The translations under genes and the position numbers were made by a program. The notes beneath the pieces are model-generated. The model saw only the letters and a program-made list of their open reading frames with translations. It was not told where the DNA came from and searched no databases. A stretch of 64,000 nt of DNA from Felis catus. Taxonomy: Eukaryota. The stretch covers positions 91,514,001 to 91,578,000 of the forward strand of contig NC_058368.1 in assembly GCF_018350175.1 (NCBI RefSeq), written 5' to 3'. Position 1 is the stretch's first letter; every line of letters starts with the position of its first letter. This document shows positions 13,231-24,791 of this stretch, in pieces.

Positions 13231-13965
13231 TAACTATAATAAAGGAATACTATAAACAACTCTAGGAGAACTAGTTTGATAACTTAGATGAAATAAGTCA
13301 ATTCCTTGAAAATCACAATCAACTAAAACTCATGCAAGAAGAAGCAATCTGAATAGGTCTGCATTTATTAAAGAAATAGAATCAACAATTAAAAAGCTTC
13401 TAGAATAGAAAGCACCAGGCTCAGATGGGTTCTACCACACATTGAAAGAAGAAATTATACCAATTCTCTACTATCTCTGCCAGAATTAATATAGAAGCAG
13501 AGGATATACTTATAAATTCATTTTATGAAGACACCATTACAATACCAAAACCCAACAAAGGAAACATAAGAAAACAAACTACACACCAATATTTCTCATG
13601 AAGATAAGATATCCCAGATATGCAAGTCTAGTTCAACATTTGAAAAGCAATTAATGTAATCCATCATGTCAACAGTCTAAAGAAAAATTATATAAGTATA
13701 TAAATAGATGCATAAAATTCATTTGACAAAATCCAATACTCATTCATGATAAAAACTACTATCAAACTAGTAACATACTTCCTCATTTAATAAAGAGTCT
13801 CTATAAATCCCCTACAGACAATTCACTTAAGGGTGAGAAACTCACAGCTTTCCCAGGCTCAAGACCAAGAGGTCTCCTCTCACTACTGCTTTTCAACACT
13901 GTATTGGACAAGAAAAGGAAACAAAAGGCATACAGATTGGGAAGGAATAAAACTGTCTTTGTTCA

Positions 13966-14172
13966 GGGGCGCCTGGGTGGCTCGGTCGGTTAAGCGTCCG
14001 ACTTCGGCTCAGGTCGTGATCTCGCGGTCCGTGAGTTCGAGCCCCGCGTCAGGCTCTGTGCTGACAGCTCAGAGCCTGGAGCCTGTTTCAGATTCTGTGT
14101 CTCCCTCTCTCTCTGCCCCTCCCCTGTTCATTCTCTGTCTCTGTCTCAAAAATAAAAAAAAAGTTTAAAAAA
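13966..14172 (+). mobile_element. Young Can-SINE
   Basis: CpG-rich; TSD AAAACTGTCTTTGTTCA at 13949-13965 and 14173-14189. Confidence 0.95.
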
Positions 14173-14197
14173 AAAACTGTCTTTGTTCACAGATGAG

Positions 14198-14668
14198 TGT
14201 TGGTTCACAACTTCAGGAGGTATTCCGGTGAACTCTGAAACTGGCCCCACTTACATAAAAGGCAAGAAGAGACTGAAGACAGAGGCAGACCCCCCACCCC
14301 AGATTGGTAGGTGACAGTTTTAATATGCAAGGTAACTTACATACAAGGCTTGTCTTGGGCAGCCACAAGACTAGTAGATCTCTGTATCTTAAAAGTTTAC
14401 ATACTTAAACTTAAAAGTTTAAGTACATAGACTTAAAAGTTTACATACAGGCCTTACAGGCCTTAACAGCGTTCAGTCACATATCCAGTCCAGAGGGTCT
14501 CAACAACACATTACTCTCTTAAGGCTATATACTTAAAATGGCTGCTCACATGGGAATAGTAGGCATAATTTACATTCCAAAGACAGGGGAAAGAGTAAGA
14601 GGCCTCAGATTGCCTGGGTCCAGCTCATGAATCAATCAGTGGCCATGTCCTCTCAATGACCTCCAACA
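14198..14668 (-). mobile_element. ERV solo LTR (471 bp) inserted in the L1 RT motif
   Basis: Termini TGTTGG...CCAACA; 5-bp TSD ATGAG/ATGAC; flanks rejoin as L1 SLFTDDMI. Strand inferred from an ATTAAA on the minus strand. Confidence 0.8.
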
Positions 14669-15486
14669 ATGACATGATACTCTATATAGAAAACCCAAAA
14701 GAACTGACCAAGCAACTCCTAAAACTAATAAGAAATTATAGCAAGATTGAAGGATACATGGCTCATATACAAAAGTCAATGTCCTCTATACCAGCAATCA
14801 ACAAGTGGAATTTGAAATTAAAAACACAATATCATTTACATTAACACCACCCAAAATGAAATACTTAGCTAAAATATGTACTATATCTATATGAAGAAAA
14901 CTATAAAACTTTGAAAAAATGAACAAAACCAAGGGAGAACCAAATAAATGGGGAAATATTCCATGTTCGTGGAAAAGGAAGACTCTATTGTCAAAATGTC
15001 AGTTCTTCCCAAATTAGTCTACACATTCAATGAAATCCCAACCAAAATCCCAGAAAATTATCTTGTGGGTATTGACAAACTGATTCTAAAGTTTCTACGT
15101 AGAGGCAAAAGGGCCAGAAGAGCCAACACAATAATGAAGAAGAACCAAGTTGGAGGACTCATGCTCCTAACTTCAAGACTTACTATAAAGCTACAGTGAT
15201 CAAATTAATACAGTGTTGTGAAAGAGCAAACAGATCAATGGAAGATAACAGAGATCCCAGAAACAGATAAATATAGCCAACTGATCACTAACATGGAGCA
15301 AGGACAATACAATGGAGAAATGAAAGCCCCTCCAACAAATGGTGCTAGAACATCTGGACCTCCACAAGCAAAATGATGAGTATAGGCACAGACCTTGCAC
15401 CCTCCACAAATATCAACTCAAAATGGATTTCACAGAACTAAATGTAAAACACAAAATGATAAAACATTAAAAGATAACATAGGAGA

Positions 15487-15600
15487 GGGGTGACTGGCTG
15501 GCTCAGTCAGTGGAGTGTGTGACTCTTGATCTCAGGGTTGTGAGTTCAGGGCTCACACTGACCATAGAGATTACTCAAAAAAATAAAATATTTAATATAT
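15487..15600 (+). mobile_element. Short tRNA-derived Can-SINE
   Basis: GGCTGGCTCAGTCAGTGGAG...GTGAGTTCA head with A-rich tail. Confidence 0.8.
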
Positions 15601-15740
15601 AATTGATTAGTTAATTAAAATAAAGATAACATAGGGGAAAAGTAACATGACCTTGGGTATGGTGATGACTTTTTAGATACATTATCAAAAGCATGATTGA
15701 TGAAAAAAATAAATGATAAGCTGGACTTCATTAAAATTTA

Positions 15741-15775
15741 TTTTTTTATTCTTTTTTTAATGTTTTTATTTATTT

Positions 15776-15820
<45 letters not shown>

Positions 15821-15987
15821 AGAACACAAGTGGGGGAAGGGCACAGAGAGAGGGAGACACAATCTGAAGCAGGCTCCAGGCTCTGAGCTGTCAGCACAGA
15901 GCCCAACAGGGGGCTTGAACAATCAAACTGTGAGATCATGTCCTGAGCCAGTCAGATGCTTAACCGACTGAGCCACCCAGGTGCCCC
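15741..15987 (-). mobile_element. Can-SINE with (GA)n expansion
   Basis: 20-bp TSD CTGGACTTCATTAAAATTTA at 15721-15740 and 15988-16007. Confidence 0.94.
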
Positions 15988-16190
15988 CTGGACTTCATTA
16001 AAATTTAAAACTCTGCTCTGTGAAACACACTGTCAAGAGAATGAGAAGACAAGTCACAGACCAGGAGAAAATATCTGCAAAAGAATATACAGCATTTGAT
16101 AAAGGACTGTTATCCAAAATATTCAAAGAACTCTGAAAACTCAGGAGTAAGAAAACAAACAACTGCATTAAAAAATGAGGTGGGGGGAGG

Positions 16191-16413
16191 GTGGGTTGCT
16201 GGGTGGCTCAGTCAGCTGAGTATCCGACTCTTGATTTCAGCTCAGCTCATGATCCCAGGGTCATGGGATCCAGCTCCATGTTGGGCTCCACACGGAGCTT
16301 GGCGCCTGCTTAAGATTCTCTGTCTCTCTTTCTCTCTGCTGCCTCCCCCACTTGTGCTCTCTCTCTAAAAAATAAAAATTAAAAATAATTAATTAAAACA
16401 AAACAAAACAAAA
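16191..16413 (+). mobile_element. Can-SINE
   Basis: SINE body with (CAAAA)n tail. Confidence 0.88.
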
Positions 16414-16417
16414 TACT

Positions 16418-17040
16418 AGTCACCTCTCCCAGTCTTTGTAGACTGATTCTTAGCTATAGCAGTTCTTTATGGATTAGCTGGCTTGCTGTCAGCCTAGGGA
16501 TCAGACACAGGTGAAAACTTAGAAACTCTTAGGTCTTTTCTGAACGTGCATCTCAGTGGGGCCTCATGTTGCTTTACCAGCTGGTTTTAAATGTCTTGAT
16601 TTTTCCAAGAGTCTCACCCCCAGCCCCTCCTGGGGGCCTTAGATGATGTATCTTGCCTGTATCCTTCATTTCTTGCCCCAGGTATCTGTGGGACTGTAGT
16701 CCACCTACAGATTTTATGAGCAATGCTCCCAGCTTCCCCCCACAGGAGATCGGAGTGAGGCAAGACAGAGCCCAGTACTTCTGGCAGCCCCCAAACCGGC
16801 CAGAACTTTATAAATAAAGGCTGCTCTGGTCTCTCCCTGTTGGAGAGAAGGAATTGAGATCTCCACTGCCTCCTCTCCAGACCAAGACCTGCACTGGGGA
16901 AAGGGGAGGGGTGAGAGGACAAGTAAAAATGCCACAAAACTTCCCACAGTCTCAAATGTGGTTTTTACTTTGAGTGTTTGGTTGCTGTAGATCTTTTACT
17001 GTTTGCCAGAGCCTTTCTAAGGCTATTTTGGTTCATTTCT
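16418..17040 (-). mobile_element. Old L1 5'-region fragment, continuation of the 3565-9114 element
   Basis: AGTCACCTCTCCCAGTCTTTGTAGACTG continues ...GGCACTTGAAAAAAGTCAC at 9114. Confidence 0.6.
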
Positions 17041-17049
17041 AGAAGGTTG

Positions 17050-17268
17050 TTTTTTTTTTTTTTTTAGTTTTGAATTTTTTTTTAATGTTTACTTATTTTT
17101 GAGAGAGAAACAGAGTGCGACTGGGGGAGGGTCAGAGAGAAAGGGAGACAGAATCTGAAGCAGGCTCCAGGCTCCCAGCCATCGGCACAGAGCCTGACAC
17201 AGGGCTGGAACTCACAAACCGCAAGATCATGACCTGAACCGAAGTCGGACACTTAACTGAGGCACTCC
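17050..17268 (-). mobile_element. Can-SINE
   Basis: Reverse-complement SINE body. Confidence 0.9.
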
Positions 17269-17834
17269 TAATAGGTTTTGTTTTTTGTTTTTTGTTTTTT
17301 GTTTTTTGTTTTAATGTTCCCAAAGAGGACTGAGGGCTTGGAGCTTTTACTCTCATTTTGACAACTTCCCTCTGCTTTGACTAGAAATCATAGACCACTC
17401 AATATAGGAAAGAAAATATATAAACGAAAGAAGCAAAACTGTCATTCATGTGTTTTAAAATACTATATAAAAAGCCCCAAACAACAAATTCATTATTGTA
17501 ATTTATAAGGGACTTTAGGCAGTCAGCTGTAGACAAAACCAGTACTTTACGAATAAAAATTTTAAAGAGATACCATTTACAATAGCTTAAAAAGTAGGAA
17601 AGATCTAAAATTAAACTCAAAAATATGCAATAATGCCATGGAGAAAAGACGTGAAGTTATTTATTAGACCCTCAGATCAGAGGACTCAGAGCTATCTGCA
17701 GAGGAGGAGCATGAAGGGACAAAGGCAGGGAAAGAATGTGTCCGTTTTGCAGAACAAGTAGCTCCCACCAAGGAGACCTAAGGCCAGGTGTTCCAGGATA
17801 TTCCCTTGCATGAACCAGTTTGGAGCTGAGCAAC

Positions 17835-18952
17835 TGTGCAGAAGCCCCAAATTGCCCTAAAGTTACCTTTAGGTCGTTATACTACTATCATCTCCTCCCA
17901 ATGCGGGAAACAAAGGCAAAAGAAAAAAAAACTCAATTTCCTTACAACTTACAGCCCACTGACAGGTCCTTGGGACAGGCAGAATGACTTTCCCCTAGGA
18001 GCTCAGCTGCCTGGATGTTGTCACTTTGCCAAGGGCAAAGGGCAATCTTAGCCAGAACCCCCAGGATCCTGTAAGTCTACTTTAACATAAAAATTCCTTT
18101 GGAAACTTCACATCTATCCCCACCCCCAAATATACGTTAGCAATCATCCTCCAAGCATATGGCCCACTGATATGCATCTGAAGGGTCTCATGACTGGGGT
18201 TTTATTAGACAGTAACAAATTACCTTTTCCTAACAAGCACCTGTAAACCTTGCTTCCAAAATTCCTTACAGACTTACTCTATCCCTGACCCCCTCCCAAC
18301 TTGAAAGTATATAATCAGTCACCTGTCACAACCCCAGTGCAGCTTTCTGCCCATAGGTTCTATTCCATGCTTTAATAAAACTACCTTTTGGGGGCAAATG
18401 GGTGGCTCAGTCGGTTGAGCCTCTGACTTCAGCTCAGGTCATGATCTCATGGTTCCTGGGTTCGAGACCCACATTGGGCTCTGAGCTCTCCGCACAGAGA
18501 AGAGCTCTCTGTGCAGAGAGCTCAGAGCTTGGAGCCTCTGTCAGATTGGGTGTCTCCCTCTCCCTCTCTCTTTGCCCCTTAATTTGCATTGTCTCTGTCT
18601 CTCTGAAAATAAACTTAAAAAAACTTATTTTTATTTTTTAAGTTTATTTATTTTGCGAGACAGAGAAAGAACAGAAGTGGGAGAGGAGCAGAGGGGGGTT
18701 GGAAGACAGAATCTGAAGCAGGCTCCTGGCTCTGAGACATCAGCACAGAGCCCGATGCAGGGCTTGAACTCACAAACCATGAGATCATGATCTGAGCCAA
18801 AGTCAGATGTTTAACTAACTGAGCCACCCAGACAATGCAATAAACATCTTTAAAAAAATTTTTTTAAATAAAACAAAAAAATACCTTTTTGCACCTAAGA
18901 CATCTCAAGAATTCTTTCTTGGCCATTGGCTCAAAACCCCAACATTTCCACA
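17835..18952 (+). mobile_element. Carnivore ERV1-like LTR interrupted by two SINEs
   Basis: TGTG...CACA termini, TATATAA near 18309, AATAAA near 18374; sequence resumes after the SINEs at TACCTTTT. No clear TSD. Confidence 0.65.
18390..18835. mobile_element. Two Can-SINEs in inverted arrangement (+ 18390-18622; - 18625-18835)
   Basis: Both SINE bodies are recognisable; outer direct repeat TACCTTTT. Confidence 0.88.
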
Positions 18953-19849
18953 TTGACGTACTCCTGTGGGCAGAGTCTTGGGCCTTTTTTAAACATACAA
19001 CATTTGCACTAGCATGTTGACAAGCTATTGACAAGGTAGGTATTCTAGTTGAACAAAAGTGCCTAACAAAATATGTGTTAAGTTCCCTAATGTATCAATC
19101 ACTCTGCCCCTGCCCCCTAGCACACTGAATAAAAAGCTTCCTGCACTAGCCCCAAAGGGAGACAGTGCTTTGAGATTTATCCTCCTGTCTGCTTACTTGC
19201 TGGAAGTGGTGAAAACTTTCTCCAACCAAGAGACTTGGGCTGGCCTATTGACTCACGCACTGCAATGGGGCAAAACGTTTGTGACAGGTAATGATACCAC
19301 AGTAATGGATTGTGACAATCAATAATGGGAAACCATCAATTTTCCCAATTTATAGATTCAATCAATCCATTGTCTCAGAATTTTTATTTACAAATTGGCA
19401 TATTATTCATGTGAGTTGATTATAGCCAAAACACTTGAACAAAAATTCATAGGATACTAATTCTATCTTATCAACATTTCATTTCCTGCTATATTAACAC
19501 AGGGGGGTACCCGTGACCCTATTCTTTCCTATAACTGCCTCCATACATACCTGAACCTGCTCTTTCGCTTTTTCCCATAACACTTACCTTCTAAAATGCT
19601 ATATAATTGTATTCATGGTTTACTGTCTGCACCCTCCTGCCCCCCACCCGACCAAAAAACAAAAATGTTATTGAGAGCAATTAACTTTGTTTCGTTCACT
19701 GACATATTTCCAACCACTTCCAGTGGCATTTGGCACATACCAGGAACACAATAACTTTGGTTGAATCAACGAAGGGAAAAAAGGTTTGTTCTCGTGGTTG
19801 TCTACTTGCCTTACTATCATAAGGCACCACTCTCAGCGAACTTCAGTTT

Positions 19850-21050
19850 CCTTCCCCAGGAACCCAGAGCCACGGCCTCGCAGCCCAAGGAGTGTCACCC
19901 CAAGCCCGGAAGTGAGAGCTGGGCACGTGACAAGCTCGCCTGGGCCCCGCCTCACCGACCAGCGCGGAGAACTACACCTCCCAGAATGCATGAGTCCTCG
20001 CGTGGACTACATTCCCCAGAAGCTTTGCGGCCATTGCTAACCCGCCTCCTTCCCCACCTCTCCGGACCTGCGCGGGACTCTGGGTATTTGCTGCCAGAGC
20101 TAACAGCTACGGGGCTGGAAGTCGGTCCAGTATCGCCCGGGGACAAGTCCCCTACCCGGGCTGCTTTCCGCTGGGGCAGCGTCGGAGCCTCCGCCTGCGG
20201 CGCACGGCCGGAGAGGCGCGGTTCCTGGAACCTCCGAGGCAAGGGCGAGGTGAGCGGCCGAGGGTCGGCCGAATGCGGGAGGGAGGGAGGGAGGACCAGG
20301 GCCTCGGGAGGATGCGGCGCCAGGGCGCGGGGCACAGGCCCGGGAGGCGCGAGCGGGGCCTTTGTGGTTGCAGGCGGGACAGGGGCCGGGCACCCCCTAT
20401 GTGCCCGCCCGCCCAGCACCGGCCGTCCCGCGGTCGTGCCCGTGACCGCGGCAGGTCGGGCACTTGTCCCCACTGGCCCAGGCCCCCCTCCCGCTCCCTC
20501 CCAACCGGTTCCCGGCACGCTACCTGCCCGGCTACCGGCTGACGGCTGTCAGCGAACGTGAGGAATTGTGTTTCCGCCCCTCACCGGCGGCACTGCCCTC
20601 TGGACGGCGGGCGCAGAGATGCGTTTTCCGCCAGAAGTGAGTTGTCCGCTTCCCCCCACGGCAGATCCTCGACGGGAACCGAGGTTTTCGGTTTCTGTGC
20701 CTGTTTTCCAGATAGCAGCCATAGGAAAACTGATGTCATCCCATTCCGAAGCAGTTTTCTCCAAAAATCTGAAGATTCCTTGACAGGAGGGGAGTTGGGT
20801 GGGGAAAGTTTGAGGTGGAGAAAAGTTGTCCCGTGCAGGCAGCGAGGTTGGGGCAGGTGTTCTGGAGGCGCGTGGTATAGATCCCGGTGCACCCTCCCTG
20901 GCTGTGTGAACTGGGGCAAGGTGCTCCCGCTCTACCCTCGATTTCCTGATCTGTAGAATGGGGGTGCTGACAATGGCAGCTGTGCTGCGGGACTAAACCA
21001 GTGTTGGCAGTCCCTGGCATGCGGTGAGATTCAGTGAGTCGCTGCGGCTG
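19850..21050 (+). promoter_or_regulatory. CpG-island promoter of ZNF354A
   Basis: Dense CpG/GC. ETS site CCGGAAGTG 19906-19914, E-box CACGTG 19924-19929, GC box ~19944, and two ACTACA-n2-TCCCAG-type (ZNF143/THAP11) motifs at 19971-19990 and 20006-20023. Confidence 0.9.
20030..20249 (+). other. ZNF354A: Probable non-coding exon 1 of ZNF354A (start approximate)
   Basis: Lies just downstream of the promoter motifs, contains no ATG, and ends at a strong donor GAG|GTGAGC at 20249/20250. Confidence 0.6.
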
Positions 21051-21308
21051 CTGATAAAGTCCTACACCCTTTTTTTCTCTGAGCCAGAGCGACCTGGCAC
21101 TTCTCTGGTCCTTTCTGCTCCCAGCTCCTTACTTCCCTCTCTGAGGGCACATGGGGTCATTCTCAGGTGGTATGAGGATTTCAGATTTGGTGATTCTTAG
21201 GGGGTTTGAAAGCAGAAGGGGCTTCTCCCTCCTGGCTCCCTTTTTCTTCTTTCAGATCTGCCTTCTGGAGACTCCACCCATCCTAAGGGAAGAGCCCAGA
21301 AAGAAGAT

Positions 21309-21341
21309 ATGGCTATTGGACAGAGGGAAGCAAGGTCTCAA
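21309..21341 (+). CDS. ZNF354A: ZNF354A coding exon 1 (exon 21256-21341), MAIGQREARSQ
   Basis: Acceptor TTTCAG|A at 21255, ATG at 21309, donor CAA|GTGAGT. Matches the recalled human N-terminus MAAGQREARPQ. Confidence 0.9.
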
Positions 21342-22059
21342 GTGAGTTCATTGCTACCTAAGATTTAGAAACAGATTTTTTTTTTTTTTTTAATCCTCAA
21401 ACTGAAATTCTCTACTCAGTACAATCTTCTGCAGGACCTGGAACTCAAGCCCTTTTTCCTGGCCCACCTTGTTAGATGGTGGATTATTTAGGGAATGCTA
21501 ACCTCCTCCCTGCCAATGCATGTCTAATGTTTCTCTTTTCTTTTCCTAACAGACACTACTTTTTATTCATTAATCTCAATTGAGTGTATGATTACTAACT
21601 TGACAGGTAAGATGCCACGTGGGGGCAGAACAAACAAATGTGCACATTTGGCAGTTCCTTTCTGGCCCTGCTTCCTTGGCTTACTCTGGTCTCCCTCCCT
21701 ACCTTGGCTTTTTCTTTCCATTCCTGAGTTTCCCATTATACCTTCCCTAGGTTTCTCCAACCCATTATTTATAGTGTTTTTTCTCCCTCTTAACCTTGTG
21801 GATCATGTGCCTTGCTTCCGCATTCTCTTGAAAACTGTTCTTGACCTGCCATTTTCATCTTCATGTTGTGGAACGGGGGAGGGACCCCATCCCAGGAGGC
21901 CCGTGCATGAACAAGGAATAGCCGTGTTGGAGGGGACACAGTTGGAGAGGTCTCTTGACTGCGAGGGCAGAAAGATGACTCCTCAGGAAGCAGCAGGGAG
22001 GATTTCGTGGGGTATCAGTAGTGGAGAGGCAGGGTATCCAGAGGCTGACAAGTGGGGCT

Positions 22060-22270
22060 TTTAAGCCAGACTGCTGGGTTTGAACCCATCTCCTTGGTTG
22101 TTGTCTCTGGGCCTTGGACAAATAGCTCCATCTCTCTGTGCCTGTTTCCACACCTGGAAAGTGGGGATCACAACCATGCCTACCTCATAGGGCAGGTGAG
22201 AGGATCACGTGAATTCAAGTGCATGGAAAGTGTTTAGATCGGGCCAGGCCCTCGCAGACGGTCACTGTGT
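22060..22270 (+). mobile_element. MIR fragment
   Basis: CCAGACTGCTGGGTTTGAACCC...TCTCTGTGCCTGTTTCCACACCTGGAAAGTGGGGAT core. Confidence 0.65.
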
Positions 22271-23242
22271 GGCGGCTGTAGGAGGTGATGATGTTACTGC
22301 AGTAGTAACATCAGTGCTGACAGACGGGAACTGCCATCCAGTGTTTCCAGGACCCGGGAGATACGGGTCCTTCCATGACTCACCTTCACCTGACAGTAGC
22401 AGTTAATGTCCCGTGGGGGGACCTCCTGAGGGCTTTGCCTTTGTTCTCACTCTCCTGCCTGCGCAGCAATTATCATACCCATTTTACATATGGGGAAATG
22501 GAGGCTCAAGGAAGCCCAGTGACCTGAATTCAAACCCAAGTGGGTCTGGCCTCTGGGTTCATGCTCATTACTGTCCAGCCATTCCCCTGGTGCCTTTCTC
22601 AGAACTCAGGGCAGACCCAGCCCCCGTGTGACCGCCCTTCACTGTGACATTGTGTTTCGGACCCATGAAACTCGCTAGTGTCTGATCTTTGGGCCCAGGC
22701 CTGCCATTGCACGTTCCGGCTGCTTTTCTCTAAGGCTTTCCTCTTCCATTCCATTGGAGCCATGTTGCTCTCTTGGCCAGAATCTTCTCCATCCCTGCGT
22801 GTGAGTGAATCCTCGTGGCATTCTCCCTAACCTCACCTGCCACCCTTTTGTCACCTGCACGGGCTTGTGTATAAAAGTCAGTGACAGGGTGTTTAAGAGC
22901 AGAGAGAGAATATACCGAGTGCTGGGTTAAAGGCAGACTTGAATTATTGTCCTGCCTCTGCTACTAAGAAAGTATGTGACCTGGGTCTTGACTGCCCTGG
23001 ACCTTCTGGTTCTCGTCTCTAAACTGAGGATTGAACTGGGAAACGGCATACAGGCCTGTCCAGCTACACAATTTCATTGAGCAAATCATTGCACACGGTT
23101 TTCTTCTGGTCTGTCAGTTGGATCGTAAATTCTTATGAGGGCTAAGATTATTTCTATATTAACTATTTCTAACTATATTAACTATTTCTAAGTTACCTTA
23201 TTATACATGTATTGCATGCTCATGTTTAAAATTTCAGAGAAT

Positions 23243-23465
23243 AGGCATGCCTGGGTGGCTCAGTCGGTTAAGACTCCAACTTCGGCTCAGGTCATGATCT
23301 TGCAGTTTGTGAGTTCAAGCCCCACGTTGGGCTCTGTGCTGACAGCTCAGAGGCTGGAGCCTGCTTTGGATTTTGTGTCTCCCTCTCTGTCTCTGCCCCT
23401 CCCTGCTTGTACGCTCACTTGCACTCTCTCTCTCTCAAAAATAAATAAACTTAAAAAAAATAATT
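23243..23465 (+). mobile_element. Can-SINE
   Basis: SINE body flanked by AAATTTCAGA(G/A)AATA repeats. Confidence 0.92.
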
Positions 23466-23885
23466 AAATTTCAGAAAATAAAAAATATATACATAAAGAA
23501 GAAAGTGAAATCGCTCTTAACCCAGCATCAAGAGATAGTTGCTGTCACCCCTTTGGTATATGTCCATCAGAATCCTTTTCTATTCACTTTTTGTGTGAAT
23601 ACCTATGTACATAGGTATGCATCTGTTTTACCATTTTAGCTTTTTTATTGTGATAAAATATACATGACATTATCATCTTAGCCCTTTTTGCATGTATAAT
23701 TCAGTGGCATTAAGTACATTCACATTATTGTGCAACTATCACCACCATCCATCTCTGTTGTATAGATTATCCCACTTATTTCTTAACCCCTTGAGGTAGA
23801 CATTGAGAGGCAGTTTTGCAGAATGGTTAAGAATGGAGCCTTGGACGTCCTCCAAATTGCAGTTTTACCTCTACCCCTGACCAGC

Positions 23886-24791
23886 TGTGATATTGTGATT
23901 CATAGTATGAAATATATATTTGGTCTTCATTCCTGTTCCTGACACATAGGAGATTATAAGGGCTTGGAAGCTAAATGATGAATAATAGTTGGTTTTTATT
24001 CTTGAAATAACTTCAGAGCAATAAAGATGAAATTGCTGTGTTTTGTTACTCATAACACGTCATTTCAACCAAGCCAAAGTTGATATGAATGAGGTGACTT
24101 TTGAAAAGCCCCTAAGGATCCAATCCAATCAGGGGAACCAACCTTGATTAGAGGGTTTGATCTTTCAGGCTCTCTACCCCAGCCCGGGGCCATTCATGCC
24201 TATCTAATGGCCAGTGATTTGATCCATTGTGCCTATGTAATGAAGCGGCCATAAGAATCCAGAAGGACAGGGTTCGAAGAGCTTCTGGGTTGGTGAACAG
24301 TTGTCGGTGGGGAGAGTGGTGCATCCAGGGAGGGCGTGGAAGCTCCACACCCTTCCCACATACCTTTCACCTCTTTCCCGGGTCTGTTCTCGATAATATC
24401 CTTTTGGAATAAACCAGTAATCTATAAGTAAATGTTTTCCTGCATTGTGGCACTTTCCCTGCATTTACCACTTGAGCAAGTTAATTAAACCTGAGGAGGG
24501 GGGTGGTGGAAACCTGTGCAATTTATAGCCACTTGGTAAGAAGCACAGGTTACCATCTGGACTTGGGATTGGCATCTGAAGTTGAGGCAGTTTTGTGGGA
24601 CTGAGCCTTAACCTGTGGAATCGGGCTCTCTCTCCAGGTAGATGGCATGAGAATGGAATTAAATCGTAAGACACCTAGCTGGTGTCACACAATTGCTTGG
24701 CGTGTGGAAAACACACATGTCTGGTGTCAGAAGTAAAGCAGTATTGTAGTATTGAGAGTCCATACACAGGGGGAGTGAGTCTTCCTCTATA
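23886..24791 (+). mobile_element. MER21-like ERVL solo LTR inserted in a MIR
   Basis: Starts TGTGATATTGTGATT...ATATATTTGGTCTTC; AATAAA near 24408; 5-bp TSD CCAGC at 23881-23885 and 24792-24796. Confidence 0.82.

Larger units (their letters stand above)
9115..16180 (+). mobile_element. Old near-full-length L1 (5' region, ORF1 ~10000-10900, ORF2 ~11400-16180), degenerate
   Basis: ORF1 coiled-coil remnant 10078-10329 (EIKNTVTDMK...SRLNMAEKRISELED); ORF2 remnants (DMILYIENPKE, IVKMSVLPKLVYTFNEIP). Interrupted by SINEs and an LTR. Confidence 0.88.

Noticed and set aside
19761..20561. 266-aa ORF and overlapping ORFs on both strands in the CpG island
   Set aside because: GC-rich sequence lacks stops by composition. 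The peptides are low-complexity Gly/Arg/Pro with no domain and cross the inferred exon-1 donor.
20560..20642. Alternative first exon ending at GAA|GTGAGT (20637)
   Set aside because: Only a donor-like hexamer; cannot be supported without transcript data.
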